Of a stretch of 64,000 nt of DNA, positions 28,172-41,702 are shown in pieces. A program made the position numbers and the translations under genes. Position 1 is the stretch's first letter; the number at the start of each line of letters is the position of its first letter. The notes beneath the pieces are model-generated. The model was not told the origin of the DNA. It ran no database searches and worked only from the letters and a program-made list of their open reading frames with translations. This stretch comes from Octopus sinensis (Eukaryota): positions 60,140,001 to 60,204,000 of the forward strand of contig NC_042999.1 in assembly GCF_006345805.1 (NCBI RefSeq), in the 5' to 3' direction.

Positions 28172-29174
28172 AGAGTTACGAAAACAACAAAAGACGAAGA
28201 CAGGTGGTGTATAAAGCAAACAGATGTATTAGTATAACGCTCAGGAATAGAAAAAGTCTTTTACGTTTCGAGCCTACGCTCTTCTACAGAAAGGGACACA
28301 GAAAAAACAAGGAGAGAAACAAGGAGAGCAAAAAATTTGTGTAGTGGCTAACGATCTATCATGGCGACTAAGGTCTCTTTCTTTTGTTATCTTACCGTTT
28401 TTATCAATATATATGTATATATATATATATAATATATATATACATATATTCCTTACAGATATAGGGTAAAGAATTTTTAAGTTAATAATGAAAAAATTTA
28501 CCAAGTAGTTTCGGTATGGGGAAAAAAACCATTATCGGTAAAACTTATACAAAAAGTTTTTTTATAATTATAAGTATAATTAAGGGTTTAGCAACAAGTT
28601 GCTTAACCTCATACCGAAAATTTAAAAATAGATAGCTAATTCTTATAAGTACAAATATTGTTGTCTGTGGAGTGATATTTGTAGTTATAGGAATTAGCTG
28701 TCTTTGACTGCTATTTCTAAGTTTTCGGTATGTGGGGAAGCAACTTGTTGCTAAACCTTATTATATATATTATATATATATATATATATTATATATATAA
28801 TATTATATATATTATTATAATATATATATATACATACACATACACATACACACTTGCACACGTCAAGGTCACCAGCTCTCTGCCACACGCACATACAAAC
28901 TCTTATACACACGCAATCGCACCTTTATTTTGGGATCACCACTGCTTTATTATCTCCCCTACTCCCTAGCCCTCCTGTGTGATCCCTCTGTCCGGCATTT
29001 CGCCATGATAGATCGCTAGCTACCACACATTCTTTATTTTCTTTCCTTGTTTCTTTCTGTTGACGAGCATAGGCTCGAAACGTTAAAGACTTTTTCATTT
29101 CCCGAGCGTTATACTAATACATCTGTTTGTTGTCTACACCACCTGTCTTCGTCTTTTTTTTTGTGAATTCTCCC
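28169..29174. mobile_element. Inverted pair of Penelope-like terminal fragments (28169-28366 minus; about 28860-29174 plus) flanked by (TA)n
   Basis: The arms are reverse complements (CGCCATGATAGATCG...GAGC(A/G)TAGGCTCGAAACGT...CACCACCTGTCTTCGTC...TTCTCCC); both outer ends abut (TA)n. The PLE assignment is an inference from the GAAACGT hammerhead-like motif and the architecture. Confidence 0.55.
28583..28758. mobile_element. Palindromic MITE-like element
   Basis: AGGGTTTAGCAACAAGTTGCTT..CATACCGAAAA..AGCTAATTC.TATAA.TACAAATA is mirrored on the right arm; flanked by TA. Confidence 0.7.
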
Positions 29175-30349
29175 TGTATATATATAATATATATATATAA
29201 AACTTCATACTTGTTGTTATAAATTTTTAGACTATTAACCTCATACCTTGATACGAAACAATTTGTTTTAATATTTGTATTTACACTACACAACTCCGTG
29301 GTGAAGAAGATCAGAGTGTCAATAACTTTAGTTTCGAAAATAAAACTTTTAGTTTGATACCATCTTCTGGTATTCATGCTCTCTAAAATAAGACGCCCTA
29401 TGAAGTCTGAAGATGAAACTCTCAAGTTTTAGTGCCGTATGAGTACTAAGATTTTGAAATTTAATTTTCACCTTGAGTCATCATTGGAGTATTTTAGACA
29501 AAGGATCGTTTCATTGACGTTGACTTGGTGCTTGATACCAACAACTGCAACAGGAATTTTCCCATGGATTTGCATGTATTTCTTGCTGTAAATTTCTCGT
29601 GAATATTTGCTCGGAGCTACCATAAGCATTTAAGGAAAGTACAATGCTAGAAGCAAAGTAATTCTTGTCCTTTCATAGCACAATCAGCAAAATGAGGTGA
29701 TGTCATTGATGAGTTCAAAATAGCGAGGAAAGACTTTGATAAAGGCTTTCATTGCGTGACTAACCGAATGATTAATCAAATAATCAATTAATTAATTGGT
29801 TAAGTATTTTCTAAAATGAACTACTAATAATAACCATGATGAGTGCATGACGAGATCTCGTCAAGAATCTTTGAAATCAAAACACGAAAACCAAATATTT
29901 AGCATTCAAAAAAAATTTGCTTACTTGGACTACTTTCTTCCTCGGACTTAGCTTGATATTTGATAATGAACCTCATTTAAATGTAATATATGATTAAACT
30001 AACAGCGATAGAATTCTAACCTCAAGCAGTGTGTGCGTGTGAGTGAAAGAGAGGGGAAGAGGGATAGTGGGAGATAGGAAAAGGAGAGAAAGAGAGAGAG
30101 AGAGAGAGAGCGAGAGAGAGCGAGAGAGATAGTGAGAGTAAGCGAGAAAGTGAAAAATAGTTCAAAAGAGACAGTCCAAGAGAAAGTGTGAGATAGATAG
30201 TTAATTATTTGTTAGTGAGACGAAGAGAGCGAGATGTAGATCAAGAGAGATAATTAGTGAGAGAGAGAAAGTAACAGATAATTATGGAGAGGTAGTGAGG
30301 AATGGAGAGAGAGAGAGAGAAGAGTAGTTCAAAAGGGATAGTTTGAGAT

Positions 30350-30380
<31 letters not shown>

Positions 30381-30879
30381 ATTGGAGACAGAGATGAACT
30401 GAAAGAAAAGTCGTCGACTAAGGACACGAGAAAATCAAATATCTTTCGCTAATTGGAATATATGGGTTAGAAGAGAAAATAGATAGAGCATATGAAATCA
30501 GAGCAACGTTAAGAAAAGCTTTGAGCCAAGTTTATCCAGATAAAAGTGGGAAATGCTGGCGGAGAGGCGATTCTACTACGTGCAGATTCCATATTTTGTA
30601 GCTAAACTGGATTACAGACTGAATACTGGATAACGTTGTTAAATTAGAGAAACTGGATGAGTGATTTCTTTCATAGAACGGAAATAAGTGTTTATGTTGT
30701 TGTTGATGATATTTCTAGAGTCAGCCTTGAATGAGATGATCTCCGATGTTGTCTTACAAAGTCTTTCTTCTAGATTTCGTTATCCAACGAGCCCTTCCAC
30801 TTCAAGAAAATAGAGTATGATAAGAAGAAGTACTGGCTGCTATTTTAGTTGGGGCAGTGACCGGAAAGAGACATTCTGG

Positions 30880-31320
30880 CTTACTCTTTTACTCCTTTAC
30901 TTGTTTCAGTCATTTGACTGTGGCCATGCTGGAGCACCGCCTTTTAGTCGAGCAAATCAACCCCAGGACCTATTCTTTGTAAGCCTAGTACTTATTCTAT
31001 CGGTCACATTTGCCGAACCGCTAAGCTACGAGGACGTAAACACACCAGCATCGGTTGTCAAGCGATGTTAGGGTCACAAACACAGACAAACATATGCACC
31101 CCCCCCCCACACATATATATATATATATATATATATTTATACATATATACGATGGACTTCTTTCAGTTTCCGTCTACCAAATCCACTCACAAGGCTTTGG
31201 TCGGCCCGAGGCTATAGTAGAAGAGACACTTGCCCAAGGTGCCACGCAGTGGGCCTGAACCTGGAACCATGTGGTTCGTAAGTAAGCTACTTACCACACA
31301 GCCATTCCTACGCCTATAGT
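30880..31320 (-). mobile_element. SINE family A
   Basis: Head and tail match. Confidence 0.85.
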
Positions 31321-32130
31321 TACTTATCACACAGCCAAGAATTTTGGGCTGGATTTCAGATTGTCTAGAAACCTACCAACGTTTTCAAAGACTAGAGAAA
31401 TTTTTTCTGCATGTTTATTACGATCCTAACATTTTTCAGAATTTAACGAGAGATATTGAATTCACGTGACCTTGATATTTTTTCCCGATAAAAGCAATTA
31501 TAAACATGAACGCGAATGATATTTTTTCCTGTAACATCAATCATGTCTTGGATATGACTTTCAACCACATCCAGTACTGAGTCCTTAGATCACAAATTCT
31601 AGGCTTTAAGAAGTGTGGAGCCATCACTTAGCCATTATTGTTCTCAGGGTTACTCTGATCCAGAGTAGTAGCGCCAGTCAGCGTTCCAACAATGGATTAT
31701 TTAGCATGTCACGGATTGTCCCAGGCACTGGGCAGATGAGACCCTTCATTACTTTAGCTGTTCATCACTTTAGTTGCTCATCTAAGAAAAGATAATTCCA
31801 AACAAATCTTACATCTTCATAACCATTGAGATCGTGGTGCTTGTGTCAGACCAATACAAGTCTGTTGGAAGAGCAGTGAAACTGAATTCACTGAATTCAC
31901 TCTAACAATAAACCCTTCCTCCTTTGTTCGATAATTTACTGTGCGTTTAAAAAAGGCTAAAGGAGTAAATCCCGACAGAAAATCGGGAGTGGGGCGCCCT
32001 AAGGCAGATATGTACGATCATATTTAATATCTGGGATCCCCTACGGGTCCATGAATACTGCAAACGTGTTATCTTTTGTGGTGTATCCATAAATAGAGAG
32101 GTGGTAAGTGTATTTGGAGCTAGGTAGCTG

Positions 32131-32574
32131 CTTCTAGAAACAGCTTAAGCACGCAGAGGTGGTTAAACTTCTAGAAATAGCTGAAGCACGCAGAGATGGT
32201 TAAACTTCTAGAAACAGCTGAAGCACGCAGAGGTGGTTAAACCTCTAGAAACAGCTGAAGTACGCAGAGGTGGTTAAACTTCTAGAAACAGCTGAAGCAC
32301 GCAGAGATGGTTAAACCTCTAGAAACAGCTGAAGCACGCTGAGATGGTTAAACTTCTAGAAACAGCTGACGCACGCAGAGATGGTTAAACTTCTAGAAAC
32401 AGCTGACGCACGCAGAGATGGTTAAACTTTTAGAAACAGCTGAAGCACGCAGAGGTGGTTAAGCTTCTAGAAACAGCTGAAGCACGCAGAGGTGGTTAAA
32501 TTTCTAGAAACAGCTGAAGCACGCAGAGGTGGTTAAACTTCTAGAAACAGCTTAAGCACGCAGAGATGGTTAAA
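32131..32574. repeat. Minisatellite, 12 x 37 bp (CTTCTAGAAACAGCTGAAGCACGCAGAG(G/A)TGGTTAAA)
   Basis: Unit starts at 32131, 32168, ... 32538; head-to-tail with no spacers. Confidence 0.95.
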
Positions 32575-33010
32575 CTAAAGTGTGTGCAATCCTAGCAGGG
32601 AACAAAGGCCAATCAATATCGATCCTTGCAACTAGGTTTCTCTGTTATTTTGAAAAGCAGTGTAGAACATTTAAATTTCATCTAACGTTCTAAATAAGGT
32701 AACTTATTGAAACAGCAACTGAATGGAATTCTTTGACTAAGACATTGCACCACTGAAATGCACAGAATTCTCTTATTTCTTCTTTGAAGCATACGTAATA
32801 TTGGTTCAATCGATAAATTGCTTTATCTGATACTGGAGGTCTAATCTCGTTAACTTGGCTCAGAATTCTCACTTTCGCGTGGCGGAGCTGGAATGTGGAC
32901 CACTTGGGGCTGCCCTTGAGTTTGCCCTTCCCGCCCTCTATACAAGCTTGCAGAAGCGATAAAAACATCGCCCAGCGCAGACCGTCTACTGCCTTCACTA
33001 GCTACTGTTC

Positions 33011-33495
33011 TTCATCTTTTCCAATCAGGACTCATGCCATTAGCCACATAGAATAATCTCTAATTCGAGCCTACTCTAAGCTACTAAGTATACGTGTGGC
33101 AACTTGATTATCCACCCACCACAAGCGATAGACTGGCGGTTGCACGGGCGCGGTAGCTACGTTGTTATCCGCATTCCGTAAAAGCTGGCTTTTAACGGGT
33201 TGAGAGATGAACCATCCTGGGGTACAGAGGATTCTCAATCTAGACTAGGGTCCGAAAGTTTACCACACCATAGTGGGTTACACCATGGTTTCTCTGATTT
33301 GTGGCAGAAGTAGGAAGAAAGAGTGAGAAAAAGTTGTGGGGAGAGAGTACAGCGGGATTCACCCCCCCCCCCGGAGCCTCGTGGAGTTTAGGTGTTTTTG
33401 TTCAATAAACACACACAATGCCCGGTCTGGGAATCGAAACTGCGTTCTTACGACCGCGAGTCCGCTGCCCTAACCACTGGGCCATTGCGCCTCCA
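33011..33495 (-). mobile_element. Full-length SINE family C, tail type 2, with 15-bp TSD
   Basis: tRNA-like head at the right end; TSD CACTAGCTACTGTTC at 32996-33010 and 33496-33510. Confidence 0.9.
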
Positions 33496-35256
33496 CACTA
33501 GCTACTGTTCCCTTCCTGCCACGATTAGGTCAACGATACAGAACATGATTTGAACTTAGAGTGCAGTTTTCCATAACGAATACCATAAAGCATCTCGTTC
33601 TACGGTCTAACAACATCTCTAATCCAATGTGATACACCAGTTCTTTGTTTATCGACCCCAAAAGGATGAAAACGAAGATTTGACCTTTGCTCTGCAAAAT
33701 TTGAACTCAGAGCTCTGGTAACCGGTACAAATAACACAAAGTATTTTATCGGATACTTTAACGAGCCTGCCATTTCTTCGTGTGTGTGTGAAGAAGGAAC
33801 TTATAAAAATCAAAGAACGAGTAAAGAAATATAGAGATTCGAAAATCTGCTTCCACTTCAAAACTGATGAAGAATTAGATATCTGGAAACTCCCAGAGAA
33901 TGAAATACACATTTAAGAAGAAAGGAAGCGCGATTTTTTTTCTTTTCCTTTATAACTAAACGTCTTAAAATATCTTTTATCTCTTAAGGAAAGGAATTCG
34001 GTGGATTCTATTTTTGAGGAATTATCTTCTGTTGAGAGTGAGGATACTGTGAAATTGATAAAACGGAGGGAAAAGATGCAATATATTTGAGAACAAGTAA
34101 AAGATTATTGCTGGAAAAATACTGCTTATAGCGGGAGCAAAATGACCTGGGAAAATAGCATAGTAATCTTACGGTTCAATGGTTTGGTTTATAAAAGATA
34201 AATTTATCAATACGCATGTGTGCGCATAGAAATACGAATACAAGTACCTATAGGTACATATATTTCAGTGAGATAAATCTATGCCCGAGAGACGCAATAA
34301 TATCGTTCGTCTTGCCAGTATGATCCATTGGAGTATATAGTGATATATCAGATAAATGCAACTCCGAATGTGTAGAAACTTACATGCACACACTCTCACG
34401 TACAGGAGTTTTCCGGTAGCTTATGGAAATCCTATAATTATTCGCTCGAATGATATATAGTTCGGACAATAAATTTTCCTAACATTTTGCTTCCGTTTAG
34501 GTGTATTTTTTTTACTTATATACACAGGAAGGCACATGTACACACACATACGATTATCAGCCTCATATACTTACACACTCAAATAAAAGTGATATTTTTG
34601 TTGAAGTAGTTTATCTCGTCTTTCGTTGCAGTGTTTTCATGTATTCCAACTGACATTTTAGATTACTTGCAGAACTGTCTGCAGCAATGAGTTATAACAT
34701 TCATATTTGTCTATCTTAGTTCGAATCCACCAAGATCGACATCGTATTCATTTATTTATCTTTTCCCTTGGTTCAATTTGTACAGTTTCTATTTATGCTC
34801 TATTCATTATTTTATTTAAATACATTGATTTTAATATGCCTCAGGACCTCTCTAAACTAGACACCATTATCGAAGCGTTATCCAATTCTAATACGATTAT
34901 CTATGAAGTAAATCAGTCAATATCGGTACAAGTAACTATCGCAAACCATAAATCCACAAACACTTTAAGCTTTACGAGAATGAAGGACAACTTAGAATAA
35001 CGAGATCCCCAGATATAAAAGATTCAACGAAAGCATATCAAATATACATTCTCATCATCAGCTGCCAAACGGATATCATCATGGTGTCAACAGCGATAAA
35101 ATCAGACCTTGCCCGAGAATCAACAATTATCATCAGGAACGAAACATTTGCGCGGTATGTCCATTACGCCAATGTCTTCTTATTACTACAAACAACATCA
35201 AAATAAACAAATTTGCATTAGCTAATTGATTCTTAAAGTTGTTATTTAAACGAAGG

Positions 35257-35505
35257 TGGAGGCGCGTGGCATAGTGATTAGGGTGTCAGCATCATGATCG
35301 TAATATTGTGGTTTCGATTTCTGGACCGGGCGACGCGTTGTGTTCTTGAGCAAAACACTTCATTTCACGTTGCTCCAATCCACTCAGCTGGCAGAAATGA
35401 GTAACGCTGCGATGGACTGGCGTCCCGTCCAGCTGGGGAGCACATACGCCATTGAAACCGGGAAACCGGGCCCATGAGCCTGGCTAGGCTTTAAAAGGGC
35501 GTATT
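35257..35505 (+). mobile_element. CORE-type SINE (tRNA head, CORE-like segment, tail type 1)
   Basis: GGAGGCGCGTGGCATAGTGATTAGG head; TGTGTTCTTGAGCAAAACACTT...CCACTCAGCTG resembles the CORE domain; tail shared with 4355-4460. A degenerate relative lies at about 27570-27700. Confidence 0.7.
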
Positions 35506-36802
35506 TATTTTTTATTTATATATTCAAACGAAGTATATCTAAAAATACCTTTACTTTTGAAATATAAGCTTTATGCGATCTCCCTGATAAATGGTGCAAT
35601 AGGTATATGGCATTGTTTGTTGAAGAATGCAAGCTAAATTCTTAACATTTTTCTTGCTCTTACACCATTTTATATTTTGCTCAAACACAAACCATGAAAA
35701 TTTCCTTTATATCCTTTAGGCTTGAAAATATAATTTTATACTGCCATACTGTAAGTTATGATAAACAATGATAAACAATGCGAAAGGCAAATTAGGACAT
35801 TAATAAGGAAATATATTGGATTGGCATCCTGAAATTGCATTAAAGCTGTTTAAACTGATTGGGCTATGATAAATGATGTATGATTGAACCGTGATCAAGG
35901 CCTGTGTCTGAGGTATAATCCGAGGCCTATGACTGAGCTATGATCAGTCATAGAGTTTAAGGATTTCTTTCTAGAAATTTTTGTGATCCATGTCGCGTTT
36001 TAAACAACCACCTAACATAGACATCCACGTTGACAAAAACAAAGGACGTATACGAAAGAAACAACACCATACGCAAAGTAGCCATCACGCAAGCATAAAA
36101 TACTATCACAAAAGCATAAGACAAAACCTAATCTCAACTTATAAGGATATAAACACGAATGCGAAGGAACGAATCAGCTTCCCTCTGATAGAGCGCATGG
36201 ACTACCACAACATACCGCGCCGTATAATGCATAAGAGCCACAAAGCCAACTTTCTTTCCAGTCTTAAATGTAGGATAATCTACCTGACAAGAGCGAGACA
36301 TGTATTATAAGAAAAATGTATACCCGTTGCCATCCTGGGAATACTGATAAAAAAGGGCTTAAGGATTTAATCAACGGGTTCTCCAGCTTCAAGAAAGCAG
36401 ACCTGCAAATTCACTTTATTTGACATCGTATATATCTACTGATCAATGTCGAAATCCATTTAATGAAGGCCCCAGACTCGATATAAATTGTGTTGAGTAC
36501 TTATTTCCTTTGGTTGTTCACTCACTTTGCATGTATGTATGTATGTATGTATGTATGTATGTATGTATGTATGTATGTATGTATGTATGTATGTATGCTT
36601 GTATGTACGCATGCATGAATGTGTGTATGTATGTATGCACGTATGCATGGATGTATATATATATATATATATATATAATTAATTAATAAGGGTGAGAGAA
36701 TTAGATACTAATTCAATAGTATATTTATTCAACACCAAGTGGCCTAGTGCTACGAGAAACCTGGATTATTATAATATTTATAACATATTATAATATTTTT
36801 AC

Positions 36803-36977
36803 AAAATAAATATAAGAGAGTGGTCACTATATTGCTCACTCTAGCACCAGTTAATCCAAAGGTTTCAACCACGAAAATACATGTTTCCCATGAAACATGT
36901 ATTTTCGTGGTTGAAACCTTTTGGATTAACTGGTGCTAGAGTGAACAATATAGTGACCACTCTCTTATATTTATTTT
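36803..36977. repeat. Near-perfect 175-bp palindrome (arms about 85 bp, 4-nt loop CCAT)
   Basis: Left arm 36803-36887 and right arm 36892-36977 differ by one substitution and one indel. Confidence 0.95.
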
Positions 36978-37009
36978 ATATTATATATATATATATATAT
37001 ATACTGTTT

Positions 37010-37228
37010 TACTCATTTACTCTTTTACTTGTTTCAGTCATTTGACTGCGGCCATGCTGGAGCACCGCATTTAGTCGAGCAAATCGACCCTAGGACTTAT
37101 TATTTGTAAGCCTAGTACTTATTCTATGGACCCCTTTTGCTGAACCGCCAGGTTTCGGGGACGTAAACACACCAGCATCGGTTGTCAAGCGATGTTGGGG
37201 TGACAAAAACACAGATGCAAAAACCTAT

Positions 37229-37285
<57 letters not shown>

Positions 37286-37713
37286 GCATATATACGACAG
37301 GCTTCTTTCAGTTTCCGTCTACCATATCTATTCACAAGGCTTTGATCGGCCCGAGGCTCTAGTAGAAGACACTTGCCTAAGGTGCTACGCAGTGGGACTG
37401 AAACCAGAACCATGTGGTTGGTAAGCAAGCTACTTACCACACATCCACTCCTGCATCTATGCCACAACAGCCACTCCTGCGTCCATATATGTATGGATGC
37501 ATGCATTCATTTATGTATGCATGTGGTATATATGTATGTATAGGCGCAGGAGTGGCTGTGTGGTAAGTAGCTTGCTAACCAACCACATGGTTCCGGGTTC
37601 AGTCCCACTGCGTGGCATCCTGGGCAAGTGTCTTCTGCTATAGCCCCGGGCCGACCAATGCCTTGTGAGTGGATTTGGTAGACGGAAACTGAAAGAAGCC
37701 TGTCGTATATATG

Positions 37714-37748
<35 letters not shown>

Positions 37749-37955
37749 TTGTGTGTGTGTGTTTGTTCCCCTAGCATTGCTTGACAACCGATGCTGGTGT
37801 GTTTACGTCCCCGTCACTTAGCGGTTCGGCAAAAAGAGACCGATAGAATAAGTACTGGGCTTACAAAAAGAATAAGTCCCGGGGTCGAGTTGCTCGACTA
37901 AAGGCGGTGCTCCAACATGGCCGCAGTCAAATGACTGAAACAAGTAAAAGAGTAT
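37010..37955. mobile_element. Head-to-head inverted pair of SINE family A (37010-37470 minus; 37541-37955 plus)
   Basis: Both copies have head, microsatellite and tail; spacer about 70 bp. Confidence 0.9.
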
Positions 37956-39111
37956 GTATGTACATATATTTTGGACTTTCGCTTATAGATTATAAACAAT
38001 GTTTTGGCTGTGAATGGTGATTGAGTGAAGACTTTGGTCTTTGCCTTTTCTTTCTCTCTGGCATGTGGAAATTGTATTTTTATGATATGAATATGTTCGA
38101 CGAATTCATACCGTTTATTTTAGTCAATGTTTTACTATATACACGTTTTTGAAGTGAAAATCGTGATTTAAATATGTTCTATAATTACATTTTGTATTAA
38201 CAGTTATAGGTCTACATTTATTTACACTCATAATGCTGGCGTTTAAAGACTGATAGCTTTTTTAAAGTGATATAGTATTCCATTTCTCCCTTCTAATAGT
38301 ATTTTCGTGGTACAAACATTATAATATTTTCGTCACAATTTGGGTGTTTCAGTCACGTATATATTATTTATATCTTTTTTAGGCGGAAATATTCGCTTAA
38401 ATATGTTTCTATAATTAACGGGAACATTTAATAGATATAGGTCTATGTTGGTTTATTCCCATGTCGCGTTCTTTTACGATGATTGAAGCCTGATAGCTAA
38501 TGTAATATGTCACATCGTTAGATTACGTTTGGCTCATTTTAATTATATTCCCGTGTTTTCAGTACATTTTATGGGTTGTTAAAGTAGCTATGTGTATTAG
38601 TTTATGTTCTTTAATTAATCCATATAATTACAGTTCTAGGCTGATTATTTCCTAGGTTATTATCATTTTCCGTTTTATGTATTTACAACTTGTGTTTTCG
38701 ACATACAAACATACATATATAAGCCCCAAAACACGATTCACATGACCATAACATGAACGGGTTAACCTATACTAATTTTGTTTTCTGATCTCCATTTTTG
38801 TTGACGAAATGCAAAAATCAAGAATATTTTCCTCAACTTAATAAATAGACAAGTGCCTAAGAATTTTCTATTTCTTCCAGTTATTCCAATTTAGATGAGT
38901 AGGATTTTGGCAGATTTAATATATTGTTGAATAACTGAAAATATATATATATGTAAAAAATTAAAAAAAATCTCTTCATAAATACTGTAGGAAATTATAT
39001 TGCAAATCTGTTTTAAATTTCTTCTATTCTAGTTTTTTACTTTTGAAATCGAAAATACTGTGTATGTTCAGCACAGATATGTATATATATATATATATAG
39101 ATATATATATA

Positions 39112-39171
<60 letters not shown>

Positions 39172-39702
39172 CTCATACATGCATAAATACAGACAGACAG
39201 AAAGTGAGACAATATATAAACAGACATCATCACACAAACACGCAAAAATATAAAGTAGTACTCACACATACACATAAATGTGCACACACACACGTCTATA
39301 ATAGTTTCACACGCATATACATGTACACATAAGTATGCATACTTCTCTAAGTATGTATGGAAGAATTCATCAAGCAATTTATACATGTTTATAGATATTT
39401 TTGAGAAAAATCTGTATACAGCAGCATACTTCGGCATTTGTGTGTATTTGTCGGAAAATTTGTTGAAAAATGCTAAACCACATTTTAATCAAACTATTAT
39501 ACAAACACTAGTGCACGCAGACATGATATATATTTGTGCGTATATATATGCTTCTGTGTGTATGTATATGCGTGCATGTGTGTATATATATGTGTGTATA
39601 TATGCAAATATAAAAATATATGTATAAATACACGTGGGTGTCTGTGTGTAACTAAATTTATCTATATCTATCTGTATCTATCTATCTATATCTATATCTA
39701 TG

Positions 39703-39765
<63 letters not shown>

Positions 39766-39773
39766 ATCTATCC

Positions 39774-39866
<93 letters not shown>

Positions 39867-40409
39867 TATATATATGTATATACACACACATATATATACA
39901 TACTCTGACATAAGTAAACATATACAAATACATATATTTGTATATATATGTATTGTGTCCCATTATATGTATGCATATATATCTGTGTGTGCACGTGTCT
40001 GAGTTTATGTGTGTACGTTTGTATGTGTTTGTATGCAAAAGCACATATTTAAATTCTTGAAAATACTCCAATGAACGTAACCCTTTTTTATACACACACA
40101 ACACACACACACACACACACACAATATAATACGCACAATCGCAAAAATATATTAATCACAATTCAGCCTCCATCTTCTACCCCTTATACCCTCTAATAAA
40201 TATAGTTAGTTATTTTATTTTGCTTACCTTTCTCTTCGATTCTCGTTTTTAATATCATGCTAACTTTCTGTCAGTCAGTCTGTTTACATGTCTGTCTTTC
40301 AGCAGCCATTTTTTTTTCATCTGAATCACACTCTCTCATTCCTTTACCTGTATATCTTGCAAACTAATCGTCTGTCTCTTTCTCTCTCTCACTACTGCCT
40401 CTCTCTCTG

Positions 40410-40457
<48 letters not shown>

Positions 40458-40703
40458 GTATGTATCTTCCGCTCTCTATCTGTCTCTTATCTGTTTTTTT
40501 TTTGTAACTTTCTCAATCACTTTGTTACACAGCATGTTTTGATGTATTGATATATGGAAAGACCTTTAATACAGTTGTTGCCTTAAACATTAAAATATTC
40601 TACATAAAATCAACATAAATTCTTAACGAAAAAGAAAAAAAATTAATCAAATAAAAATGATAATAATAATAACCAAAAAGTGGCAACAATAATCACACAA
40701 ATT

Positions 40704-40734
<31 letters not shown>

Positions 40735-41279
40735 ATTATATATATATATATATATATGATCTATATATACATATACAAATATATGTATATATGAATAAGC
40801 AGACATACATATTTATATGTATATATATTCATATATGTGATACCATATATAAAAATGCAACATGAAAACATAAATGTAACAATGCATTAAATCATTAAAC
40901 TATAAAACTTATAATTCTCTAAATTCTGCATACGACATCAACCATAACATCAACAACTGGAACCTCAACAACAACAACAACAACAACAACAGTAAGAACA
41001 ACGATAGCAGCAGCAACAACAACATCAAGAGACGCAAACATTAGCACAACAACACTAACAATTACAATAACAACAATAAATGCGACATCGGAAATGAAGT
41101 TGGAAATATTTGATAAAAAAAATATTTATGCATTTATTATATTTTTATGCGTATGTCTATATGCATGTATGTGTGTACGTATGTATATGTACATATGTAC
41201 GTAAGTTTGTATATATATATGCATATACACACACACACACATATATATATATACATAAATATGTATATATATACAAATA

Positions 41280-41312
<33 letters not shown>

Positions 41313-41635
41313 GTACATATATATGTGCATAAGTTTGTGTATATATGCATATATATATACAAACTTATGTACATACTTGTTCACAAATACATTCGTACAT
41401 GTTTATATATATATACATATACTCATACGCTAACGCACATATATATTTATACATATGCATATAATATTTAATTTTATATAAACATGCATGCATACACACA
41501 CACACACTCACATACACACACATATATATACACAACTCTCTCTCTATAATATATATATATATATATATATACATACATATAAATATATATATACATATAT
41601 AGACATAAATACACTCACACATACACACACAGAAG

Positions 41636-41702
<67 letters not shown>

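Noticed and set aside
28260-28290. Functional hammerhead in the 28-29 kb arms
   Set aside because: The core reads UAGAAGA or UUGACGA and stem II pairs poorly; treated as a relic only.
32131-32574. CRISPR-like array (37-bp repeats)
   Set aside because: Units are head-to-tail with no unique spacers, there are no cas genes, and the context is eukaryotic.
32690-32998. 102-aa minus-strand ORF as a host gene
   Set aside because: No recognisable domain; its start lies in the SINE TSD; LLQACIEGGKGKLKGSPKW looks at best like a decayed RTE C-terminus.
35990-36310. 106-aa ORF
   Set aside because: No motif or splice support; the A-rich composition suggests decayed retroelement sequence, which I could not assign.
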